DNA of 64,000 nt from Selaginella moellendorffii (lineage: Eukaryota > Plantae > Lycopodiophyta): positions 4,019,229-4,083,228 of the forward strand of contig NW_003314264.1 of assembly GCF_000143415.4 (NCBI RefSeq), given 5' to 3'. Below, piece after piece: positions 1-12,221 of the stretch. The stretch's first letter is position 1. Every line of letters starts with the position of its first letter. The notes under the pieces are model-generated. The model did no database searches. It had not been told where the DNA came from and worked only from the letters and a program-made list of their open reading frames with translations. Made by a program: the position numbers and the translations under genes.

Positions 1-2172
1 TGGAAGGTGGTGGAATCGGTTGAGAAATCAAGACAGGAATGATTTGAAGACAAGTGATTCTTGGCCTGGAGGAGTCGCAAGTCCGTCAGTTGTGTTTGAG
101 GCTCCCTCGGCTTTTTCGTTCTTTCTGAAGAAAGACTTGAAGCGGAAAGAGTCTGTAGAATGGGTGAACATGGTTCTTGGCAAGCTCTGGAAGATATATC
201 GCCGTGGCTTGGAAACCTGGCTCGTTGGACTTCTTCAGCCTCTGATCGACAATCTTCATAAGCCGAGCTATGTGCGGAGAGTTGTGATCCAGCAATTCAA
301 CTTGGGAGACGAACCCTTGACGGTAAGAAGTGTGGAACGAAGAACATCTCGTCGAGCGAATGACTTGCAGTAAGTTGACGTGACTGTGACTATGTGAGTA
401 CTGACTGCTTTTTTATCAAGGTACCATATAGGCCTCAGGTACACGGGTGAAGCAAAGATGCGTCTTATGATCACTTTAAGCGCCGGCTTTCTTCCTGTCA
501 TGATTCCTGTTGGAGTTCGGGGTTTCGATGTGGATGGAGAAATTTGGGTGAAACTACGATTGGTTCCGTCAGAGCCGTGGATCGGCACCGCAACCTGGGC
601 CTTCGTATCTTTGCCAAAAATAATTCTGGCCTTGGCACCTTTTGGTCTTTTCAACATAATGAGTAAGTGAGCTACTGCTCTTTGAGCCTTACTAATCATT
701 ATTTTTGTGTCCTACACCAGCATTTCCGTTCATTTCAAGGTATTTAATACTTCAATTTCTGGCTCTCTTAAGTTTTGATTGCGTGCATGAAGATTTTTGA
801 CAAAGCTGCTTACCGAAGATCTGCCACAGCTGTTTGTAAGGCCGAACAAGATAGTTGTCAATTTTCTAAAAAATCCGGCAAGTGGTCCATTTGCTCAACA
901 GTTTCAAGACGAAGGTGTTAACGTGGAAGGCAGCAAAGACTTTACTGGGGAGTTGTCTGTCACTCTAATGGATGCACGGAAGCTGAAGTATTTCCCAATT
1001 GGTGAGTTCTATTTTTTGGATTTGAACGATTTCATTGACATTATTGTACCTCCCAGGTAAAACTGATCCATATGTAAAACTGATGTTGGGCGATCAAGTG
1101 ATTCGTAGCAAGAAAAACAGCCAAACATCTATCATCGGACCTCCGGGAGCCCCGATATGGAATCAAGTAAGTTTTTCTTCGTTTACAAACGATACGACGG
1201 TGTTTGGTGCATTTACAGGACTTTCAGCTGCTGGTTGAGGACCCAAAGACCCAAAAAGTAGCAGTCCGTGTTCGAGATACCGTTGGCTTGGGAGTTTTCA
1301 CTATCGGTTATGGCGAGGTAAATGATCCTTCAGTCTGAAAACTATGTACTGATGTGCCTCTTTGTTTTGTAGATTGATCTGAGCACACTACAAGATACCG
1401 TTCCTGTTGATAAAATCGTGACACTTCGAGGTGGCTGGGGTTTTCCTAAACGTTTTGCTGGAGAGATTATGGTCCGATTGACTTACAAGGCATATGTGGA
1501 AGATGATGAGGAAGAAGATGACGGGCCTTTCAATCAACTCTCGGACGTCGAATTGGACTCGGACAAGGACGAGTTTAGTACGAGGAAATTCTTTCGCAAG
1601 AAGAGGAGACTGGACTTTCTGAGGGACTTATTCGCTGCTGTGAACGTCGTCATCAAGGACTTCGGCTACGATAACGTCCTTGTAGAACCAAAGAAATTCG
1701 TCGACAAGAAGCGAGAACACGCTCAAGGTGATGGTCACAGGGGATCATCTCAAAGTGAACCGAGGCGTCAGGGTGATACGGGACGGCTACCGCCTTCAAA
1801 AGCCAAACACAGACAGGTGCCACCATCTCAAAGTGACGATGGCGCTGGGAAGAAATCACAGGAGGTGACGGGCCAGGGAAACTTGCAAGAACCAAGACCC
1901 GATATTCCTGCACAGACACCGGAAGCCGAGAAAGAACAAGCCGAAAACGAACAAGCTGAGGAGGAGACAAGAAGAACGAGCTTGAACTCCGGAGGTGGAA
2001 GAACCAAAGCTTTCGGACGGTGGACCGAGAGTAAGCAGTAGATCATCTTTCTTTCTCAGTTCCTCAGTCGTGGTTTGCTGCAGATCCAGCAGTGTTGTGG
2101 CTTGGTCTAGCGACGGGCATTGCGCTGCTGGCAGCGCTAAGCCTCAACTTCTCCAACTTGGTCAATCCTTGA
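1..2172 (+). CDS. NTMC2T5: SMP + C2 domain protein (NTMC2T5 / tricalbin-like), 5'-truncated by window edge, multi-exon
   Basis: Exon ORFs KESVEWVNMVLGKLWKIYR (SMP), GELSVTLMDARKL/GKTDPYVKL/PIWNQ (C2); last exon encodes a hydrophobic C-terminus ending ...NLVNP* at 2170-2172; GT-AG introns. Confidence 0.85.
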
Positions 2173-2280
2173 TCATCCGAGAGATTTTGCAATTCTTTGT
2201 AAGTAAGTTCGCAATGTTGTTACGATTCTTTTCCTGTCAATAGCCAGCAGGGATTTAACTCTCTAGCCGATCGAAAATTG

Positions 2281-2502
2281 CTACTGGAGACCAATTCTTT
2301 GCGCTACAGACCCCTTGCTTCTATCCTGGCCGAGCGACGACGACGCCGATACCTTGGAAGGTCGGGAAGGAGCTCCCTCACCAGTAGTGGCGATGGTGGC
2401 TGCCGCGGCAGCGGCGGCGGCGGCGGCGCGCTTGCGAGCATCCTCCAGCTCCTCCTTGTCCTCCGCCTTGAGCTCCAGGCGCGTGGGCTTGCGACGCAGC
2501 AT
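2281..2502 (-). CDS. CDC26: Anaphase-promoting complex subunit CDC26 (APC12), 73 aa, single exon
   Basis: MLRRKPTRLELKAEDKEELE N-terminus and plant-type RIGL C-terminus; telo-box-like AACCCTAAA just upstream. Confidence 0.9.
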   Translation of the reverse strand: MLRRKPTRLELKAEDKEELEDARKRAAAAAAAAAATIATTGEGAPSRPSKVSASSSLGQDRSKGSVAQRIGLQ

Positions 2503-2689
2503 TTTACCCGATCCCTTATTTTAGGGTTCTTCTTTCCCGTGATAGTTTTTTTCAAGTGGTTCTTACATTTTGTTTATCCGTACATCCACGTCACTATGAC
2601 CAAGGGCCTAAATTCGTAGGAATTCCCCTATGATGTGTCTGAAACTCGAGGGAAGCTAGGCTTAGATGGCGGTGCTATCTATCTTACAA

Positions 2690-3362
2690 TCATGCTGCGG
2701 CCATGTCTTCCGGATTGGGGCCTGCGACGGAGGAGCCCGGGCGCACTGGAACTTGGGCCTGCCTCTCGTGGAAGTCCTTGATCGCCGGCTCCATCGCTTT
2801 CTTCCTCTTGGCGTCGTAATCTTTGATCGCGGCTTTGATCGCATCCTCGGCAAGCATGCTGCAGTGGAGCTTCACTGGCGGTAGCGACAGATGCTTGGCG
2901 ATGTCACTGCGAAGAAGAAAGAGGAATGAGCTTAGCCTCGGAAAAATCCTCTCAAGAAGAAAAATTACTTGTTTGTGATCTTCGACACCTCGTCCATCCC
3001 TTTGCCTTTGATCCACTCCGAGGCTACAAATCCAGCGAGCCAGTGCGAGATGAGAGGGCGAAAAGAGTAATTCCAAGAAAGAATCTCTTACCCACGGAAG
3101 ACGATGCGATGGCCGAGCCGCAGCCAAACGTCTTGAAGCACGAATCGACGATCTTGCCGTCGTCGCCGACGCGGATTTGGAGCTTCATCACGTCGCCACA
3201 GGCGGGAGCTCCGACCAGGCCGGTGCCGACACTGGGGTCGCTGGCATCGAAAGAGCCCACATTCCTGGGATTATTGTAGTGATCCACGACCTTCTCGTGG
3301 TAGAATCGGACCCTAGACGCTCCGCCAGCGCGGCCGCGCGACACGATCTGCCTCAGCATCAT
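2690..3362 (-). CDS. ISU1: Mitochondrial Fe-S cluster scaffold IscU/ISU1, 3 exons
   Basis: YHEKVVDHYNNPRNVGS, GAPACGDVMKLQI, FKTFGCGSAIASSS, LSLPPVKLHCSMLAEDAIKAA; introns approx. 3024-3091 and 2908-2968. Confidence 0.95.
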
Positions 3363-3559
3363 CTAGAAATCACGCCCAGAGCATCAGCAAACCGGCACAA
3401 ACGCGCCAAAACCTACCTTCTCTAAAGCGCGAGACTAGCTAGGGTTTCTAAAGTGCCCAGGCACTAAAGCCTGCAACGTGGGGCCATCACAGCCGTACAC
3501 GTGACCTTATATGGCAAAAGGTATATTCGTCATCGCTACTTCCGGGGCCGAATCCACCA

Positions 3560-5112
3560 TTGTTTGACTGTTGGAGCTCCTTCCAAGCATCTGGCCAGGG
3601 GAATCGAAGGATCTTAGCTATCCAGGAAACGAATGCCTACCTTGTAGAGTAAGATCGTCGGTGATCATATCCAGCTCGAAGAGATTGAGCAAGCGCCCCA
3701 GGTCGACACCGCTCGTCCACCTCTCGGGCTGATCGGACCCATGCCGCAGCTTCAATCGCCCTCGATCCATCGAGCCTCCCCAGATCAATCCCATCGGCCT
3801 GGGCTTGTCACCGTGGAGCTCCCCACAAGCAGGCTGCCACTGTCGCCCTCCGCGTCAAAGTCCCCGCCATCGCCCACCACCAACAGATCCGTGAACAAGC
3901 ACCCGTCCCCTTCGTCTTGGTACTCCACCCGTACGCGACCACGGTACCCCGGGTGAGCCCGGTGCTCCTCCCAACTTTGATCGCCGCCTTGCCCACCAGG
4001 TTGGCGATGGGGTCCTCCATGTTGATGGTGAAGAGCTCGCCAACCTCGCCAACGAAGGGGATGGTGGCGGTCACGGAGGAGCAGAGGGAACGAAGGCTCC
4101 ATCGGCCCAGACGAAACTTTCTAGCACGTAGCGGCAAATGTTAGACAAGCATTCGGCATTTGCTGGAGAGCGAGAGAGAAGGCAAGACCTGAACAGAAGT
4201 AAGCAAACATCCCGTACCAAAGATCGTCGGTGACGAACAAGGACGCCCGCTCCACGGCGCCCAGGTAGACGCCCTGCCCGAGCCTCCCAGGAGGTATCGG
4301 GTGGAAGTCTTCTGGTACGGGAAGTCAGAGGTCCACGGCAACGTGTGTGTTAGTGAGGAACCCTAGTTGGCGCTTCCCAATGCGGCTGCGCACCACGGGC
4401 CCAATGGTTCCAAAGAGCTTTAAGCTCGTCACCTTTTCCATCGGGCATCATATGAGCAAACAACTCGGCTATGGTAGCTGCCTGGGATCCAGGACCGATG
4501 CGTTGGCCATTCCCTCGCAAGTAGTTGATGAGCTCCGAGTACACCCATTCTTTTGGGGCCGAAGCCGGCGTGCCATGGAACGAGAACTCCACAACGTCGA
4601 CATCACACCAAGTGAGATTCCCCGGGCCCTGAAAGAAAGATCAAGACTCGAAACGATCCCAAGTGGGGAACCCAAGAGAGAGGCCAGTGCGAGGACAACC
4701 TGCAGGATACGGGGTAGCATTTGCCCGTCGAGCACCCCTTCAGCTTGCGCGGGACGAAGACGATGATGGCGGGGCGATCGGTCACCTGCCTGTTGCGGGT
4801 CCGGAAGCCCAGCGCGGTGCCCAAACTCCGGCGGCGGAACAGCTTCCCGTGGATGGCCCGGATCGCCATGAGCTCGCCCAGCGTGCTGGCCTGGCGTCCC
4901 GTCCCCATCGTCTCGCCGCTCGCCACGTTGCTGCAGTGGTGGCTGAAGTAGGCCCACCGCGCATTCCTCGACGTGGAAGCATGGCAGGCACAGCACGTAG
5001 TCGAATAATCCGTCCTTGCGGCCGCGGCCGTGGTAGCGCGATCCTGAGGCGTAGGCCCGCATTTGCGTACGAAGCGCCCGCCAGAGCAAGACGAAGAGAA
5101 TCTTAAACCCAT
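3560..5112 (-). pseudogene. Degenerate tandem copy of the NAL1-like trypsin-fold protease gene
   Basis: Collinear and highly similar to 5736-7661, but homology jumps between frames repeatedly (ORFs 4469-5089, 4603-5289, 4350-4592, 3808-4137, 3785-4102). Confidence 0.8.
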
Positions 5113-5319
5113 CTTAAACCTTCCAAGAAAACAAAAAAAAAAAAAAACAAACAAACAAACAAAACAACTCGAGTAGAAAACTCCACGAGTTGCCACAGCT
5201 GATGTAATGCAAGTGTTGTTGACCTTGAAAGGCTCGGCGTGACTGTCCAGTAATGGCAGAGAGCTGGTGTGTTCTGTCAGGCCGTTCATAAATTATTGAG
5301 ATATAAGATTCTTCTATGT

Positions 5320-5700
5320 GGTCGATTGCGAAATCTTATTGCTACTGAAGACCATTTCTTTGACCCTGCTTCGTTCCTGCCCAGCGACGACGACGGCAAC
5401 TTATCTGGTAAGCCATAAAATAGATATGTTCACCTTTCTTTTATCCGTATATTCTAACTTTATCCGTACAATTATCACAATCATGTCTTGAGCACGCCTG
5501 CTGAGTCATGGAAGTCTTTTATCCCTTTGAAATCCTCAAGGAAAACAAATACTGATCTTATTCCCACTTTCGACGCAACAATCCAGCGAGGCAGCGAATC
5601 TCGAGAAAGAATCTCTTACCCCACGATGGGGATCGAGCCAAACGTCCTGACGCCCTCAATTGGCGCGGGTTTTCTTTTCGTTAGGGTTTCTGGCAACGTG
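5320..5700 (-). pseudogene. Highly eroded remnants of CDC26 3' end and ISU1 intron 1/exon 1 junction
   Basis: 5338-5400 attgctactgaagaccatttcttt...ccagcgacgacgacg mirrors 2277-2345; 5580-5650 atccagcgag...agaaagaatctcttaccc...agccaaacgtc mirrors 3030-3135. Confidence 0.65.
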
Positions 5701-5735
5701 TCGTGACAAAAAGGGATCTTGAGATTTTCTTCTCT

Positions 5736-7661
5736 CTATAAACTTATCCTCGTGCGCTTGGCGATCTGGCGCTCCTCGGCATCGTCGCTACTTCCAGGGC
5801 CGGATCTCTTGATCTCGCCTTCTCGTTGCCATGACGAAGGCCCGGGAATGTCTCCAGGTTTCAACTCGGTGCTACAATCCTTGGACTGTTGGAACTCCTT
5901 CCAAGCATCTGGCCAGGACAAGTCAAGGAAGAAGCTAAAGCGATGGGAATGGACGGATACCTTTGAGAGCAAGATCGTTGCTGATGATATCCAGCTGGAG
6001 GAGATCGAGCAAGCGGCCCAGGTCGACACCGCTCGTCCAGTTCTCGGGCTCGTGCCCCTGCCGCAGCTTGAGTCGCCCTCGATTCGAAGTGCCCCCCCAG
6101 ATCATTCCCACCGGCCTGGGCTTGTCGCCGTCGCACAGCAGAATCATGCTGCCGCTATCGCCCTCCGAGTCAAACTGGCCCCCATCGCCCACTACCAAGA
6201 GATCCGTGAAGAAGCACACGCCCTTGTCGTCGTGGTACTCCACCCCGTACGCTACCACTGTGCCCCGGGTGAGCCCGGAGCTCCGCCCGACTTTGATCGC
6301 CGCCTTGCCCACCAGGTTGGCGATGGGGTCGTCCAAGTTGATGGTGAAGAGCTCGCCAACCTCGCCAACGCCCTTGATGGTGGCGGTCACGGAGGAGCTG
6401 TCGAAGCTGGCGGCGAAGGGCACGAAGGCGCCATCGGCCCGGACGACAGTTTCTGCCAACGCGGTAAGCAACATGTTAGACTAGAGAAGCAAGGCATTTG
6501 CTGCAAAGAAAAGTAAAGCTTTCGGGACACCTGAGCAGCAAGTAGCAAACATCCCGTACCAAAGATCGTCGGTGACAAAGGAGGTCGCCCGCTCCACGGT
6601 CCCCAGGTAGACGCCCGGCCCCAGGTTGGGAGGCAGCGGGTGGAACATCTTCTGGTACGGGAAGTCGAGGTCCACGGCAACGTGCCTGTTGGTGAGGAAC
6701 CCTATCTGGTGCTCTCCGGTGCGGCTGCGCACCACAGCCCCCATGGTTCCGTATACCTCCAAGCTCGCCACCTTTTCCATCGTATAGCGTATCATATATG
6801 GCGATAGCTACAAGCTGAGACTGTTACCTGGGATCCAGGACCGATGGATTGGTCATCCCCTCGCAGGCACTCGACGAGCTCCGAGTAGACTTGCTCCTTG
6901 GGGGCCGCGGATGAGGTGCCATGGTAGGAAAACTCCACAACGTCGACATCACACCACAGATCCCCCGGGCCCTGCGTGACGAGCGAAGAAGAAACAATCA
7001 ACACCCAAGAGAGGCGAGCTGGAGGACAAAACCTGGACGGTGCTGGGCAGCATTTGCCCGTCGAGCACCCACTGGGCATGCAGCTTGCGCGCGACGAAGA
7101 CGATGATGGCGGGGCGGTCCGTCACCTGGCGGTCGCGGGTGCGGAAGCCCAGGGCCGTGCCCAGGCCCAGGCGCCGGAACATCTTGCCGTGGATGGCCCG
7201 GATAGCCATGAGCTCGCGCAGCGTTCTGGCCTGGCGCCCCGTTCCCATCGACTGCCGGCTGTCGTCGCTCGTCGTCAGGCTCGCCATGTCGCTGTACTGG
7301 CGGCTGAAGAAGCTGCTGCGCTCCACCGCCCATTCCTCGACGTGGAAGCATGGCAGGTACAGAACGTAGTCGATCGATCGGTCCTTGTAGCGCGACCCCG
7401 ATGCGTATGCCCGCATGTAGCGGGCGATTTGGATCCTCGGGACGGGATGCTTGCGGCGGCTGCCAGATCCACAGTATGTCAGTGCAAAGATCTATCTATC
7501 GGATCATACCATGGGAAGAGCTCTCGCCGGCGCTGCTTAGGCAGTGGGCATCCCCGGGACTTGGATTTGTGGCACGGCAGCGCTACACAGGTATGCTGCG
7601 GCGAGTCAAACAGGCAGCTCTCGGCGGGCATGAATCGCCCGGGAGAGCATTTAAAACCCAT
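5736..7661 (-). CDS. NAL1: NARROW LEAF 1-like trypsin-like serine protease, multi-exon
   Basis: ELMAIRAIHGKMFRRLGLGTALGFR, FLTNRHVAVDLD (His), RADGAFVPF (Asp), EGDSGS (Ser), NWTSGVDLGRLLDLL; first intron (gtatga...ggcag) joins ATG 7661 in frame. Confidence 0.88.
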
Positions 7662-7854
7662 CTCTAAACCCCCCGCTCTCCCGCGCCCCTCTCCCCCTCC
7701 CCCTGGTTCTATCTCTCTCTCTCTCTCTCTGGTTCTCTCTCTCTCTCTCGCCCATCCACGCGTCAAAACTCGAGATTCCATATTTAGAAGCGTGCGCTGT
7801 CGTCAATGGATTGTTTTGGTCACAGAATATCCCCTTGTCAAGGGCTTGATAGAT

Positions 7855-9756
7855 TTAAGTAGTGTCTCGTAACAGTGTGTCCATGGCAGCGTAGACGCTA
7901 TCCCTCAGGAAGCTCACGTCAGGGACGATCTTCTCCTTCGCCATGACCGCGATCCTCACGTCATTCGCGTAGCTTGTCATGTGGACCAGCAGCCCCTTTT
8001 TGTCACCCGACGAATTCGCAAACTTTGTCAGGACTTGGTGTGTGATTGTGCCGATGATAAAAGATCTTATAACGTACCTGTGGAAGGCCCGAGCTCGTGG
8101 GGATGATGTAAAGGAGAGGATTTCCAGCGAACGTTACGGTCTCCACAGGGCCAACAATGTTGGAGATTGTGAGGGTGGTGTGGAGCGCGGCCCTGTATGT
8201 CATGTCTCGCCCGCCCTGCCGCGATCGAGCAATGAGCTAGCTTTGATTGACGCTCAGACAGTACCTTGATTCCGAGGAGATGGATCAACAAAACCCCTCC
8301 AGAGTACGTGAGCTTGGCCTCGTAAGAGAGCTTCTTCCGGGTGGAAATAGATTTTGCGTGGTGGACGTGCTCGAGTGACGGGTGTGTAGGTGCGTTGACC
8401 TTATTGACCGAGAGGGGAACGAGCATGTAACCCAGGCTATTGCCCCATCTTGCCTTCGACCTGGTGTTCATCATCTCGTTTACTTCCTACACAAAGTCAG
8501 TCAAACACACACAAAGTCATGGTTGAAGGACTTTGACTAATGGTTTGACTGACTTGCAAACCTGGGGAAGGTCTGGTGTTGACCATCACTAGCGCCCGGA
8601 TCGAGAGGCTCTTCAACCATTTTGCTGTGAAAACCATGTCAGAGAGAGAGAGAGATGGTTGAATGATGGTTGGGAACTCTTAAACTTACAGTGATTGCCA
8701 TTGTCACTGCCAGTTTGAGCGTGATGCGTGAGATACTTCTGGAGAGCAATCGAGACAATCGCGAGTAGCACATCGTTCACCGTCTGGGATGGGTAGAAGT
8801 GGAGTGAAATTCTTGTTCTCTGTTACGTGAAAAAGCTTACCGCATTGGCGGCATTCTTGACGCGCTTGACATCGTCGAGCTTGAGGTCGGCGATGGCGAG
8901 CCGACTTGGCTCGTTCTCGGCCCCGCGATAGCCTCGCAGGCATGAACGGCTGTCCTTGACCCACGCCTGCATACACAGAAACTTGACAATCTCCGTGATA
9001 GAGAACCATGCCACGAGCACGAGCCTCCAGAGCCGCGGCACGAGAGACCTCCAAATCCACGCCAGTGGATGAAGATCATTCTGTGGCGCCGGCGCTGGCC
9101 TGGGAATCGTGGGCAGCATCGCGGGATTCTCCAGCTGCCGTGTAGATGCCAGGAAGAGCGACATGAGCGAGGTTCCATCGCCGAGTGCGTGATGGAAGAC
9201 GAGGATACAAACACCTCTCGCGCCACCACGAAGAGAGATTTGTGGGCGATCATCATCCATCGCCAGGACGTGGACCTCCCACAGAGGCTTGCTGGCATCC
9301 AGGCGAGCGGCGCTGAGCTCGGCGGTGTAGTCCTCCACGATCGTGGGCGAATCGCGCGGGAAGCGCGAGAGGTCCGCCACGATGATGTGATCGTCGATGT
9401 TTACGTGGGTTCTCACCCAGATCTCCCTCCCTCTAGCGTTTAGCCTCTACAGTGTTTACGATCGATCGATCGATCGGTTCGAATAGAAATGGATGAATAC
9501 GAACCATGAGGCTGGAGAATCGTGGGTGTTTTGCCAGTGTGTTGGAGAGCTCGCTCTTGAGCGCCGGGAGATCGATTGGGTTCTGGAATCCAAGAATGCA
9601 CTGGGCCGTCAAGTAGAAATCCGGCTGGAGGAACAATCGCCCCGCCGGTGTCACCGGCTCCTCCACTCCATCTCCAATCCGCGGGAGAGTGTTTTCATTC
9701 TCATTCCCATCGCTAGATCTTTGCTGAGAGGTTTTGATTCGCCGAAGCACTCCCAT
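7855..9756 (-). CDS. Wax ester synthase/DGAT (WSD1 family O-acyltransferase), multi-exon
   Basis: EPVTPAGRLF, KHPRFSS, LDASKPLWEVH, HHALGDG catalytic motif, RWGNSLGY, ISNIVGP, MTSYA C-terminal motifs. Confidence 0.9.
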
Positions 9757-9893
9757 TTCTTTCTGGGCGAGAAAACAGAGGTTCGATGTTATATAGTTCC
9801 TCACGACAGCTCGTGATGATACTCGAGCCCGAGACCTCCCCCAACTTCATTGTTCTAGGGCTCGCTGTGAATGGCGCTGTGAATGCCGCTGCC

Positions 9894-11046
9894 ATGGCGT
9901 CCCCAGCGATGATCGAGTCGGCATTCTTGTCTCGGAGCTGCGCAATCCTGCTCGCGCGCAGGATCGGCGTGGGGAAGCGATCTAGGGTTGCAAATCTGCG
10001 GAGGAAGTCCACGAGCTTCGTTTCCGCCCGATGCTGTGCCAGTGCCAGTGCTGGCCCGGATGTGTCGCCTTCTCCTGCTACAACAGGCAGATCCAAGGTT
10101 TGCGCGAACAATCAATCGCTCGTGGTTTTCCTGATTCTAGGATTTGTTCCTTTTTTCTTTCACTCTAGAACACACTGGGCCCAAAATTTAGTTTCTGCCC
10201 AGTTTGTGGAGGTCCTGCCGATCAAAGAGTTCCAGACGGGGAGCACGAGCCTAGAAGCGTTTGCACCTTGTGTGGATTTGTACACTATCAGAATCCAAAG
10301 ATGGTGAGAGCTGGAAAACAAGTCTTTCATTCATTCCAGAGACGAAAGCATCACTTTCTTTTACCAGGTTGTAGGATGCGTTGTAGAACACGATCGGAAG
10401 ATTCTTCTCTGCCGGAGAAGCATTGAGCCGTGCTACGGTCTCTGGTAAGATCAAAGCTCCATTTCCTTTTGCCGATTGAAGAAGGTGATTTTCTGTCTCA
10501 GGACTTTACCAGCGGGATACATGGAACTTGGAGAATCGGCTGCCGAGGGTGCGGTGCGCGAAACGCAGGAAGAAGCTCACGCGCAGGTGGAGCCAGTTTC
10601 GCTGTTTGCTCATCTCGACATTCCGCTCATTGGCCAGGTTCTCGTTCTCTCCTCGTTCCTTGGGCTTTCGTATATCTCTGGTGTTTCTCATTCTTAAGAT
10701 GCGTGTGCAGTGCAGAGCTATGTAATTTTTCGTGCCAAGTTCGCGCACGGCGTGCAGTACTCACCGGGGCCCGAGTCTTTGGAATGCGCTCTCATCGAAA
10801 TGGACGAGATTCCGTTTGATAAGATTGCCTTCTCAACCATAAGCGTGGCTCTCAAGCTGGTAAGCTCTCGGAAAGTTTTCGTTCTCGCTTTCTTGGTTAT
10901 TTGGTTTACGTATCCCTTGGCATCAGTACATCCAGGATTACAAAGCAGGACGGTTTAGAGTTCACTCAGGGGTGATCGATAAGAGGCCCGGTGCCAGTCC
11001 ATCCGATCCTCAAGGCTTCGTTCTCCGAGACTACCTTTCATCGTAA
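9894..11046 (+). CDS. NUDX23: Nudix hydrolase 23-like (plastid FAD pyrophosphatase), multi-exon
   Basis: Transit-peptide-like N-terminus, FCPVCG...CTLCG zinc ribbon, [29 protein letters not shown] Nudix box, [10 protein letters not shown]. Confidence 0.9.
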
Positions 11047-11363
11047 ACTCCCGGAGAGTTTTGTTTCAAAAACAACAGGAAAAATTACCAAGGCCATTTG
11101 ATCTCTTTGTTTTGTTTATTCTCTTTGATTATCACTCGTTATTCCACTGTTCCGAGGAAGAACAAAGTTTATTGGGGTTATTTGGTTTTATGGCATTTTT
11201 TTATAGATTTAAATATTTCTTCCTTTTGCTTTATTTGTTTAAAATTTCCAAAACCCGAAAACCTTTTGGGTTAAACTCTGCCGCGTGGCGTTTTGGACGG
11301 TGTGCCATGTCCATCTGCCCTTTAAATTGGCATTAAATCCTTTGACTCAAATCAGGGTAAAGG

Positions 11364-12221
11364 ATGATGGCGAGCACTTTTGTGGAGATGCACGGCGGTA
11401 TGCCAGTCATCAAGGAGCTGATAGTTGACAATGACGAGCTTATGGAGGCTTTGGCCGAAGCTGGCGAGGCAAGCAAAAAAAGAGAGCGCAAGGAGGAAGA
11501 CAAAGATGGGCAGCCCCTCAAGAAGGTAAGGAGAGATGATGTCCGAGAGGAACCCTGCAAGGATCGAGGGCAAACGATGGCGAGTACTTTTGTGGAGATG
11601 CACGGCGGTATGCCCGTCATCAAGGAGCTGCTAGTTGACAACGACGAGCTCATGGAGGCTTTGGCCGAAGCTGGCAAGGCAAGTAAGAAAAGGCAGCGCG
11701 AGGAGGACTGCAAAGATGGCCAACCCCTCAAGATGGTAAAGAGAGATGATGCCCGAGAGGAACCCTGCAAGGATCAAACCAAGTCGAGGGGTCCTATAAT
11801 CGTGAGGATCAAGCTGCACAAGAAGGGAGATGCAGTCGTCAAAGAACCCTGCAATGATCACTGCAAAGATCAAGTCGCGAGGATTGAGCTCCACAAAGAA
11901 AACAAGGAAAGCAGTAGCGCTGTTGCAGAGGAGACCAAGACAGTGGCAAGGGCGATCAAGCCTTGCAACACGGCAAGAAAGGCGTCACAGCAGCGGAGGA
12001 GTCATAAGGAGCTTGAGACGAGCGCTAGCATGAAAATTGAGTGTGCGCCAGTGAAGAAGGTGCTCAGTGCTAGGTGCTTGAACGTGCCATTGGGTGATGC
12101 TGCGAAGAGACGAGATGCCCCCGTTCACTATCTCGATTTTGGTGTTGGCGACGGCTGCGCTGCTCGTTCCACAGCTCCAAAGATCAAGTGGAACCCCATG
12201 CGCTCCTCCACTCGCGCATGA
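11364..12221 (+). CDS. Uncharacterised Lys/Glu-rich protein with an internal ~70-aa tandem duplication
   Basis: 285-aa open frame; MASTFVEMHGGMPVIKEL.VDNDELMEALAEAG...EEPCKD occurs twice; no recognised domain. Confidence 0.5.
   Translation: MMASTFVEMHGGMPVIKELIVDNDELMEALAEAGEASKKRERKEEDKDGQPLKKVRRDDVREEPCKDRGQTMASTFVEMHGGMPVIKELLVDNDELMEALAEAGKASKKRQREEDCKDGQPLKMVKRDDAREEPCKDQTKSRGPIIVRIKLHKKGDAVVKEPCNDHCKDQVARIELHKENKESSSAVAEETKTVARAIKPCNTARKASQQRRSHKELETSASMKIECAPVKKVLSARCLNVPLGDAAKRRDAPVHYLDFGVGDGCAARSTAPKIKWNPMRSSTRA

Noticed and set aside
5900-5962. NAL1 last intron starting GTATCCGT as a possible U12 intron
   Set aside because: Deviates from GTATCCTT and lacks a CCTTRAC branch point
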